Below, in pieces: positions 43,220 through 51,463 of a stretch of 64,000 nt of DNA. The stretch is from assembly GCA_963705505.1 (NCBI GenBank), contig CAVPJU010000001.1, positions 1 through 64,000 on the forward strand. Reading direction: 5' to 3'. The notes beneath the pieces were generated by a model. The model saw nothing but the letters and a program-made list of their open reading frames with translations, ran no database searches and was not told the DNA's origin. This DNA is from an uncultured bacterium (GTDB lineage Bacteria > Desulfobacterota_D > UBA1144 > Nemesobacterales > UBA2774). Numbering within the stretch: the stretch's first letter is position 1; each line of letters begins with the position of its first letter. The position numbers were made by a program, and so were the translations under genes.

Positions 43220-44173
43220 ATGCTCCTTTCCGACTACGAATTGAATCTCATAGATAAGATGCTGAGCGGGGACCGCGCGTCCCTCGCACGCCTGATAACG
43301 CTTGCCGAGAGCAGGCATAAGTCCCTCGCCGGGATTCTCAAGCGTCTCGGCCCGAAGATGGGCGACCCCTATATCATAGGCATCACGGGCCCTCCCGGAG
43401 CCGGTAAGAGCACCATAACGAACAAGCTCATTCAATCTTACAGGGATAAGGGTAAAAAGGTCGGAGTCCTGGCCGTCGACCCGTCGAGCCCCTTTACGGG
43501 CGGAGCTATACTCGGCGACAGGATACGTATGCACGACCATGCGATGGACGACGGCGTGTTCATAAGGAGCATAAGCACGAGGGGTACTCACGGCGGGCTT
43601 TCGAGGGCGACTAAGGAGATAATCAAGCTCTACGGGGCTTACGGAATGGATTACGTCATCATAGAGACGGTCGGCGTGGGACAGACCGAGCTCGATATAG
43701 TGAGGGTTGCGGATACGGTGCTTGTCGTGCTCGTGCCGGAGGCCGGGGACGCCGTGCAGACGATGAAGGCGGGACTCATGGAGATAGCCGACGTTTTCAT
43801 AGTAAATAAGGCGGACAGGGAAGGGGCGGGCATTATCTCTTCGGAAATAAAGCAGGTGATATCCCTTAAGAGAGCGCACGGCGGCTGGACACCGCCTGTG
43901 CTTCTGACGAGCGCGCTCAGGAACGAAGGGATAGCCGGGGTTATAGACGAAATTGAAAAACATAAATCCTTTCAGTCAGGGAGCGGGTTGCTCAAGAAGA
44001 AAAAGGAAAAGAGGATAGAAGAGGAATTTTCCGAGATCATAAAAGAGCTCATGGAAATCAAGATCGCCCGCAGGCTCGGTGACGCCGAGATAAAAAAGAT
44101 CTACGCCCGTGTAAAGAGCGGGGAGTTAGACCCATACGAAGGCGCCGAGCTCGTAATATCCAAGATCATGTGA
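43220..44173 (+). CDS. meaB: Methylmalonyl-CoA mutase-associated GTPase
   Basis: GITGPPGAGKST, DPSSPFTGGAILGDRIRM, ETVGVGQ, NKAD. Confidence 0.93.
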   Translation: MLLSDYELNLIDKMLSGDRASLARLITLAESRHKSLAGILKRLGPKMGDPYIIGITGPPGAGKSTITNKLIQSYRDKGKKVGVLAVDPSSPFTGGAILGDRIRMHDHAMDDGVFIRSISTRGTHGGLSRATKEIIKLYGAYGMDYVIIETVGVGQTELDIVRVADTVLVVLVPEAGDAVQTMKAGLMEIADVFIVNKADREGAGIISSEIKQVISLKRAHGGWTPPVLLTSALRNEGIAGVIDEIEKHKSFQSGSGLLKKKKEKRIEEEFSEIIKELMEIKIARRLGDAEIKKIYARVKSGELDPYEGAELVISKIM

Positions 44174-44287
44174 TCCCGCATTATTTTGCAATTCGCATTC
44201 TCGAATAATTCGGCCGGTTTTTCGGAGATAATCCCCCGTCGCGAATATTCTTATAACTCCCCTCCCGGGATGGTATTATAATCCGGT

Positions 44288-44992
44288 ATGGAAGAGCTTC
44301 TCTTTCCCGTATCATTATTTTTGTTTATTTTCCTCCTGACCGCGGGAACCTCCGGAGGGGACCGTTATGCGGGAAAACGCTGGGAGATGGTTGAGAACCA
44401 GATAATCGCCCGCGGGATAAGGAACTCCGCGGTCATCCGGGCGATGCTGAATGTCAAGAGGCATGAATTTATACCGGAGGAGCTCAGGGACGAGGCTTAC
44501 AACGACAATCCGCTGCCGGTCGGAAAGGGGCAGACGATTTCACAGCCCTATATAGTCGCCCTGATGTCCGAGCTCCTGAACCCCGTTCCCGGCATGAAGA
44601 TACTCGAAGTGGGCACAGGCTCGGGTTATCAGTCTGCCGTCCTTGCCGAGACAGGGTGCGATCTCTACACTATAGAAATTGTCGAAGATCTGGCGAAAAG
44701 AGCGCGTCTTGTTCTCGAGGGTCTCGGCTATTCCAACATTAAATACAAGATAGGCGACGGGTACCAGGGCTGGGAAGAGCATGCTCCCTTTGACGCAATC
44801 ATTGTGACCGCGGCCCCCGGTCACATACCCGGCAGGCTTTTAGAGCAGCTGAAGGTACACGGGAAGATGGTAACCCCCGTCGGCGACGAGAGCCAGGAGC
44901 TTCTGCTTATCGAGAAGACGGATACGGGGGTAACGAAAAAGAGGATCACCGCGGTCCGCTTCGTCCCCATGACCGGAGGGTCCGGGTCTTGA
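44288..44992 (+). CDS. pcm: Protein-L-isoaspartate O-methyltransferase
   Basis: GQTISQPYIVA, LEVGTGSGY, GDGYQGW..APFDAIIVTA. Confidence 0.95.
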   Translation: MEELLFPVSLFLFIFLLTAGTSGGDRYAGKRWEMVENQIIARGIRNSAVIRAMLNVKRHEFIPEELRDEAYNDNPLPVGKGQTISQPYIVALMSELLNPVPGMKILEVGTGSGYQSAVLAETGCDLYTIEIVEDLAKRARLVLEGLGYSNIKYKIGDGYQGWEEHAPFDAIIVTAAPGHIPGRLLEQLKVHGKMVTPVGDESQELLLIEKTDTGVTKKRITAVRFVPMTGGSGS

Positions 44993-45041
44993 AGCTTCCG
45001 TTTTCGAAAGAATACACTGCCAGCCGCGTCGTTTGTTAAAT

Positions 45042-46043
45042 CTAAATATCCAGGCTGACCACGTTCCCGATCTCGATCTGCCTTGAGCTTTCGGTGATGA
45101 TACCGGTCGCGCTCTGCTCCTTGACTTCGAGCACTACTATCTTTCCTATGAGCGTTCCGGGAATTACTACGTCCTTATGGGCGTCCGGGTCATAAGCCTT
45201 CCGGGCCTGAGTGTATATCGAAAAAACGTTCCCGGGCACGACGTTATTGACTTGCCCGACGTCCATATAGACTATATCCCCCTTGCCGCTGAGCTCCGTA
45301 TTGTTCTTTGTATCTACGACGTAACCGTCCACTCTCTCAGTCCCCTTCCTCATTACTACCTCTTTTACGAAGGGCTCCTGTGGCCTGATCCTGGCGCCGC
45401 GGGTGATCTCCACGTATGAAGACGTGATTATTCCGGTCGATTTCCTTTTCCCGATTATTTCCATTAATTCGAGCTCGCCCTCTATCTGCACCTTATACCC
45501 TATCCTCTGACCGGTTATAGGGTGGAATACCGGCTTCGAGGTGCGGAATATGGTGAACATGTCCCCTGTGCTCACCCCGTTCTTCGAGCCCACGTTCGTG
45601 AACACGATGTCCCCCGTACCGAGCAGTATCTTGGGCGGCTCGGAGGTCAGTATAGTCCCCATGTGCTCCCATTCGCCGGGTGTGATAAACCCCTCCGTTC
45701 CCCCGCGGGAATAATAATAAACAGGCGGAGGCGGCTCTATGTCTTCAAACGACACCTTGTGCGCCTTGGGTTCGACTTTGACTACGGGAATATTGGGCTG
45801 CTTCGCTTTGAGCGCAATTACGTCTCCCGGATATATGAGGTTCGGGTTATCTATGTACGGGTTTATTTCCCATAGTCTCGGCCAGAAGAGCGGGTTGCCG
45901 AAAAACCTGCCCGAGATCTTCCAGAGCGAATCTCCGGGCTCCACTACGTATATCGTCGTGCCGTCTTTAGGGGGCGGCAGGCTGCCCTGCGCGAGGGCAA
46001 TCCCCGTTAATAGAAAAATCGCTATGATTGTTCTTACATACAT
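45042..46043 (-). CDS. LysM peptidoglycan-binding protein (TsaP-like)
   Basis: Signal peptide, YVVEPGDSLWKIS..WPRLWEINPYIDNPNLIYPG; GGAGG RBS. Confidence 0.85.
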   Translation of the reverse strand: MYVRTIIAIFLLTGIALAQGSLPPPKDGTTIYVVEPGDSLWKISGRFFGNPLFWPRLWEINPYIDNPNLIYPGDVIALKAKQPNIPVVKVEPKAHKVSFEDIEPPPPVYYYSRGGTEGFITPGEWEHMGTILTSEPPKILLGTGDIVFTNVGSKNGVSTGDMFTIFRTSKPVFHPITGQRIGYKVQIEGELELMEIIGKRKSTGIITSSYVEITRGARIRPQEPFVKEVVMRKGTERVDGYVVDTKNNTELSGKGDIVYMDVGQVNNVVPGNVFSIYTQARKAYDPDAHKDVVIPGTLIGKIVVLEVKEQSATGIITESSRQIEIGNVVSLDI

Positions 46044-46235
46044 CCCGTCTATCCTCCGTTGAGAACCGATATCCGGCATCGCCGGACTCGTTCCCCAGGC
46101 ATTATTTCCATTTTACACCCATTTTCGATGAATTAAAAGCAATTTTATGTTCTTTTAAGCTTTCATATAAACAACTTATAGACTATACTTAAGAACGCTT
46201 GTAAAGTTTAGAGGGTTTGATTCCCGTCTGGCCGT

Positions 46236-47723
46236 ATGGAAAACCAGATACTGATTAACATTACGTTCAATGAAACGAGGGTAGCCGTCATGGAAAAAGG
46301 CTCCGTGGCGGAGCTTTATATAGAGCGGAAGTCCGCCCCCCGTATGGTGGGGAATATATACAAGGGGATAGTCGGGAAGGTGGTGCCCGGCATGCAGGCC
46401 GCGTTTATCGATATAGGTCTCGGCAAATCGGGATTCATCTCCGTCGAGGACGTTCACGAAGATTCTCTTTACGAATATTTTCTCGATAGCGGATCCGAGT
46501 CCCAGCAGTCGAAGAAGCAGGACAGGAGCCTCATACAGGACATCCTGAGGGAAGGGCAGCACGTTCTGGTTCAGGTGCTAAAGGAGTCCGTCGGCGGCAA
46601 GGGGGCGAAGCTCTCCTCGAATATCGGGATACCGGGCAAGTACTCGGTCATTTTAGGAACAGCGGACATCGTCGGAATTTCGAGAAAGATAGAGGACCCC
46701 CTCGAGAGGGAAAGGCTCGGCGAAATTATAAGGAGGGTAAGACCCGAAGGGACGGGGATTATCGCAAGGACTGCGAGCGCGGGAATAACTGCCGAAGAGC
46801 TCGAGCAGGATATCAGGGACCTTGTCCGTCTATGGGAGGATGTAAAGAAAAAAAGCGAAGAACAAAAAGCCCCTTCGCTCATCTATGAAGAGCCGAGGCT
46901 TTACATAAAGGCCGTACGGGACTTCGTTTCGAGCGAATACAACAAGATCATCGTGGACTCCGAGTCCGTATTTCAGGAGATTAAAACTTATTTGAAACGC
47001 AATTTCCCGGACTCCTCTGTCAATGTCGAGCTCTATAAGGACCCCGAGCCCCTGTTTGCGAGGTTCGGCGTCGAGAGCGAGATCAGAAAGATATTCAATA
47101 AAAAGGTATGGCTAAAATCGGGCGGCCACGTAATAATCGAAGAGGCCGAAGGTCTCACCGTAGTGGACGTGAATACGGGCAGGTACCAGAGCGGGAAGAG
47201 CCAGGAAGAGACAATTTATACACTCAACCTCGAGGCGGCAGCCGAAATAGTAAGGCAGATAAGGCTCAGGAACCTCGTGGGCATAGTAGTCGTGGATTTT
47301 ATAGATATAAAGAACCGTCAGCTGCGGGATCAGATATACGAGGCGTTCGTCGAGGCGCTGAAACAGGACAGGGCGCGCTCAGCCGTGCTCGAGATGTCGC
47401 TTTTCGGCGTCATACAGATGACCCGTCAGCGCGTGAGGGAGAGCATACTGACGGAGCTCGCGGAGCCGTGTCCCTACTGCGAGGGCTCGGGTTACCTCAA
47501 ATCCAAGGACACGATAAGCTACGAAATTATCAGGGAGATCAAGAGCCGGATACTGAAGCCTTTTGTAAAGAGGGTGGAGGTGCAGGCGAGCCTAAAGGTC
47601 ATACACAGACTGAAAGAGTCGGAGCATGAAAACTTGAGGAAACTGGAAAAAGAGCACGGAGTCGAGATCGCTTATAAACCTGTCGAGGGAAGGATAGGGA
47701 AATTCGAGGTCATAGCGGACTGA
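46236..47723 (+). CDS. rng: Ribonuclease E/G family (RNase G)
   Basis: GNIYKG..PGMQAAFIDIG, VDVNTG, QIRLRNL..VVDFID, CPYC. Confidence 0.93.
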   Translation: MENQILINITFNETRVAVMEKGSVAELYIERKSAPRMVGNIYKGIVGKVVPGMQAAFIDIGLGKSGFISVEDVHEDSLYEYFLDSGSESQQSKKQDRSLIQDILREGQHVLVQVLKESVGGKGAKLSSNIGIPGKYSVILGTADIVGISRKIEDPLERERLGEIIRRVRPEGTGIIARTASAGITAEELEQDIRDLVRLWEDVKKKSEEQKAPSLIYEEPRLYIKAVRDFVSSEYNKIIVDSESVFQEIKTYLKRNFPDSSVNVELYKDPEPLFARFGVESEIRKIFNKKVWLKSGGHVIIEEAEGLTVVDVNTGRYQSGKSQEETIYTLNLEAAAEIVRQIRLRNLVGIVVVDFIDIKNRQLRDQIYEAFVEALKQDRARSAVLEMSLFGVIQMTRQRVRESILTELAEPCPYCEGSGYLKSKDTISYEIIREIKSRILKPFVKRVEVQASLKVIHRLKESEHENLRKLEKEHGVEIAYKPVEGRIGKFEVIAD

Positions 47724-47840
47724 GGGGCGCACATTGATTACTCCCGGCGATCCGCATCGCATCAGGCCAAATATAATTTTAACAATTCGGGGTTATTATT
47801 AGTTCATTAGTCGGGCTCAAGCAACGAATCGGGACCGTGT

Positions 47841-48601
47841 ATGAGAAATGTTTTCAAATACCTGTTAATAACAGCCCTCGTCCTTCTGATCGGCTGCAGC
47901 AGAGATAAGCGGGATGAATCCGTCAATGAAGAAGCCTCCCCCGAGGTCACGGAGGAGCCCGTTACGGGGACGGGACCGGTTCGGAAGAGGAAGCTCCGGA
48001 GAGCGGAAACGCCGTATCTGACATCCCCTCGCTCTCTGATATCAGGTCCGTGAAAATATTAATGCCGTCCGATAACCCGAGAGACGGGTTTAAAACGGAG
48101 ATCGATTACGATAAATCGCAGGCCGAGAATACCGACTTTATTTATGAGTGGAAGGTAAACGGGAGTGAGATAACCGGCGCTAACGAAGGGGAGCTTAAAT
48201 GGCAGGAGGGGTTTAAAAAAGGCGACACCATAACCGTCACGGTTACGCCCTACAACGACCTCGGACAGGGGGCGACCTCGGCGGAGGGTAGTTTCAGGAT
48301 ACCCAACTCACCGCCTGTCATAACATCTCAGCCTGATACCTCTTTTGAGAAAGGGAAGTTCAGCTACACGGTAGAGGCACAGGACCCGGACGGCGACGCT
48401 ATGGATTTCAGTCTCAAGAACGCTCCAAAGGGTATGACGATTGAGCCCGCGACCGGCCTCATCGTCTGGGAGTACGACGAAAAGGAAGCGGGAGATTATA
48501 AAGTAACCGTTATCGTTACTGATTCCGAAGGGGCCCGGGCAGTTCAGGATCTGACTTTATCCATACACCCTCAGGGATCGACCGCCGGAGAAGCGCAATG
48601 A
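47841..48601 (+). CDS. Lipoprotein with Ig-like domains, frameshift near 47970
   Basis: Lipobox LIGC; shifted frame TGSEEEAPES.. reads into NSPPVITS..AQDPDGD..PKGMTI..TGLIVW. Confidence 0.7.
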
Positions 48602-48767
48602 TTCTTTCATCGGTGTTACCCTGTCGGATATAACCGTCGGCGGTATTTTTTTGTTATACAGAGTAATAAATCACAGGTATATTTTAAAAAGAAACCGGTT
48701 ACTGCCGGTCCCGGTTTTTCAATTGAGCTCGAGACGGAAGCTGGTTCCTGCTTGCTCAGGTGATGTT

Positions 48768-49190
48768 ATGAGATGGTCTTTTCAAACAGGAATGTCCATA
48801 CAAAAAAAGATCGAGACGAAGCCTGAAATGGCGGCTTCGCGCTTCCACGAAAACTCGCCTCAGGTGCTTTCGACTCCTTCCCTTATAACGTTCATGCAGA
48901 CTACCTGCGCCGACCTCATGGCTCCCTTCCTGGATAAGACCGAGATGGTCGTGAGCGTAAGGATGGAGATGAGACATTTGGCCTCGACCCCCATCGGATC
49001 GACGATAACCATAAGAGCGGAGATCGAGAGGATAGAGGGCAACAAGGTCTATTTCAGGATAGATGCCTACGACGAGATCGAGAAAATAGCGGACGGCTAT
49101 AACGATATGTTCATCATCAATGAAGAGAGGTTCGAAAGGGGCATCAGAAGGAAGCTAGAGGCTGATTCCGGGAAGGTACAGTCTTTATAA
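48768..49190 (+). CDS. FlK-like hotdog thioesterase family protein
   Basis: VLSTPSLITFM, HLASTPIG, F..AYDEIEKIADG. Confidence 0.8.
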   Translation: MRWSFQTGMSIQKKIETKPEMAASRFHENSPQVLSTPSLITFMQTTCADLMAPFLDKTEMVVSVRMEMRHLASTPIGSTITIRAEIERIEGNKVYFRIDAYDEIEKIADGYNDMFIINEERFERGIRRKLEADSGKVQSL

Positions 49191-49290
49191 GTGTCCGTTC
49201 ACATATTCGCATTAGACCTGTTATAGTTGAAAATTCGCGGCGTTACTTAAATCCCCCGATTATCCCATAGAGACGAACGGAGTGAATATC

Positions 49291-49714
49291 ATGAGTAAAG
49301 GCGTACTCGAAAATTTATATCACGTAGCTATCGCCGTGAGGAACCTCGACGAAGTCGAGAGGCTCTACGAGACGGCGCTCGGCCTTAAAGTCGCGCACAG
49401 GGAAGTAGTGGAAGATCAGGGAGTCAGGACGTCCATGCTCGTCCCGGAAAAAGGCGGGACGGCGGTCGAGCTGCTGGAACCGCTCGACGGGGAGTCCCCG
49501 ATCTCGAAGTTTCTGGAAAAGAGGGGGGAAGGTATCCACCATATCTGCTTTCTCGTCGATGACATAGAGGCCGCTCTCGAAAGGCTTAGGAAAGAGGGTG
49601 TGAAGCTCATAGACGAGAACACCGCGTCCGGGCTCGTATCATTCGCGAGTTGCGTTCATACACCCGAAAGCGATGAACGGGGTGCTGATCGAGCTCGCCG
49701 AGCTGTCTAAATAA
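49291..49714 (+). CDS. mce: Methylmalonyl-CoA epimerase, frameshift near 49619
   Basis: HVAIAV, VEDQGV, VELLEP..SPISKFLEKRGEGIHH; shifted frame TPRPG..VAFIHPK..GVLIELAE. Confidence 0.88.
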
Positions 49715-49757
49715 CTTAACCGCGCTTGTATATATATAAAGAACCTGTTTGTTATTT

Positions 49758-50205
49758 TGTAGGAGCGGCTTCCATCCGCGACCTTACTCAGCTCGTTATC
49801 ACCAACCCGACCAATGTTGTCATTTCGAGCAACGCGAGAAATCTAATCTTTAGTTTTCAATTCCCTCCTTAGAAAAAGGCCGTGCTCCGGCTGGCTCCGC
49901 CCTGACGAGAGGGTTAGGGCGGATTTGCCTTTTTGTCATTCCCGTGAAAACGGGAATCCATTTCCTTTAAATTTCCCTTCCCCCTTGAGGGGGGAAGGCG
50001 AGGATGGGGGTGATAAATCACGTTCATCCTGAGGCGCGGAATCTGCGCTCATAGACGATTTCTGCATAACTTCTCTGCCTCAGCCAAAATCCGAGGCTCT
50101 ATCCGTTCGTCCTGCTTGTCCGGCGAAGCTTTAGCGAAGACGGAAGCCTGCCGAAAGGTCGAAGGATGTCGCCTATATTATCATTCCCGTGAAAATGGGA
50201 ATCTA
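49758..50205 (+). repeat. Intergenic mosaic of palindromic mini-elements, cluster 2
   Basis: GTAG-REP 49759-49781; A2 49818-49844; E2 49861-49926; G1 49934-49960; B3 49972-50012; C2 50019-50044; C3 50102-50168; G2 50181-50205. Confidence 0.88.
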
Positions 50206-50226
50206 CCCACCCGGCCAACCCAATCC

Positions 50227-50622
50227 CTACTTCTCCCGGATCTTCTCCAGCACCCACAATCTTTTGCCCGTCCATCTTCCCCAGCCCGGCACCAGAAGTA
50301 AATATTTACCGTTAAGCCTCTGCCCCTCGGCTCTTATTACGAGCCTTATGCTGTTTGAGGCTAACGTCTCGAAAACGCCGCTATCCCATACCTCCCACGC
50401 CCCGCTCCCCCAGCTGTCCTCGGCTCTGTTCACATTCCCGCCGTTACGCGGGAAATCTCCGGAGCCCTTCTCTTCTATCGCGATTCTTTTTTCCCTGTAT
50501 TTTTTGGGGATATTTTTCGGGATGATCCAGTGCCTCACCTCCCCGTCCTTCTCGAGGAGGAGGTCATAGTGTTTGTTCGATGTTTTATGTCTTCCGATTA
50601 TAAAGCTAGACGTTTCTTTCAT
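50227..50622 (-). CDS. Stand-alone LigD 3'-phosphoesterase-like domain protein (divergent)
   Basis: H..HYDLLLE.DG..HWIIPK..KRIAI..WGSG.WEVWDSG.F..LNGKY. Confidence 0.75.
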   Translation of the reverse strand: MKETSSFIIGRHKTSNKHYDLLLEKDGEVRHWIIPKNIPKKYREKRIAIEEKGSGDFPRNGGNVNRAEDSWGSGAWEVWDSGVFETLASNSIRLVIRAEGQRLNGKYLLLVPGWGRWTGKRLWVLEKIREK

Positions 50623-51370
50623 GGATTAATTTAAGCCCGCGGAGCGTGAGGAACTCGTCCACTTCCTCGATCGTCCTGCTTTCGGGCGCGATGAGACTCG
50701 CGACTCCGCCTGTCGCTATCACCCGGGGCTCCGTTTTCATTTCCGTTTTTATCTTTTCCACTATTCCGTCCACAAGCCCGGCGTAGCCGTGTATGAGTCC
50801 CGATTGAATACTCTCGACCGTAGTTTTCCCGATTATGTTTTCAGGCTTTGCGATCTCCACCCTCGGGAGCTTCGATGCTTCCTGATAGAGCGCCTCTGCC
50901 GAAATCATCAGCCCCGGCGTGATGACTCCCCCCATATATTCCCCCTTTTCCGATATGCAGTCGAACGTGGTCGCCGTGCCGAAGTCAACGACTATGACGC
51001 TCCCCCTGCATTTCTCGAATGCCGCGACGCCGTTTACTATTCTGTCCGCACCCACTTCCTTGGGGTTATGATAGAGTATGGGCATGCCCGTCTTTACTCC
51101 GGGCCCTACCACTACGGGGATGACGTCGAAGTAAGTTTTGATCGCGTTTGATACGGTCGACTGGATCGTCGGGACGACGCAGGAAATTACGGCGCCCTTT
51201 ACCGATTTCAGGTCTATATTCTTTATGTCCATTAATTCCCGGAACAGGATGCCGTATTCGTCCGAGGTCTTGGATTTGTCCGTACCGATCCTCCAGTGGC
51301 ACTTTATACTGCTGCCCTCGAATACTCCGAACACGATATTCGTATTCCCTATGTCGACTGCAAGGATCAT
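50606..51370 (-). CDS. coaX: Type III pantothenate kinase
   Basis: AVDIGNTN, VGADR, VVDFGTATTFD, ATGG. Confidence 0.96.
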   Translation of the reverse strand: MILAVDIGNTNIVFGVFEGSSIKCHWRIGTDKSKTSDEYGILFRELMDIKNIDLKSVKGAVISCVVPTIQSTVSNAIKTYFDVIPVVVGPGVKTGMPILYHNPKEVGADRIVNGVAAFEKCRGSVIVVDFGTATTFDCISEKGEYMGGVITPGLMISAEALYQEASKLPRVEIAKPENIIGKTTVESIQSGLIHGYAGLVDGIVEKIKTEMKTEPRVIATGGVASLIAPESRTIEEVDEFLTLRGLKLIHERNV

Positions 51371-51463
51371 TCTTATCTCTCCGAAACTCTATAAGTAAAT
51401 CCGTGTTATTTTTTATTTCAAGCGTGAGGGAGCGTTATCGGTCTGCCGCATCGGTGCACGGTT

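Noticed and set aside
47960..49625. Programmed frameshifting in the Ig-like lipoprotein and mce
   Set aside because: Single-base slips in short runs with no slippery heptamer or stimulatory structure; sequencing indels are more plausible
50101..50168. glnA/glutamine riboswitch-like pattern (CGTTC..GACGGAAG..GAAGGA)
   Set aside because: Lies between convergent 3' ends with no downstream gene; better explained as a repeat with a nested insert
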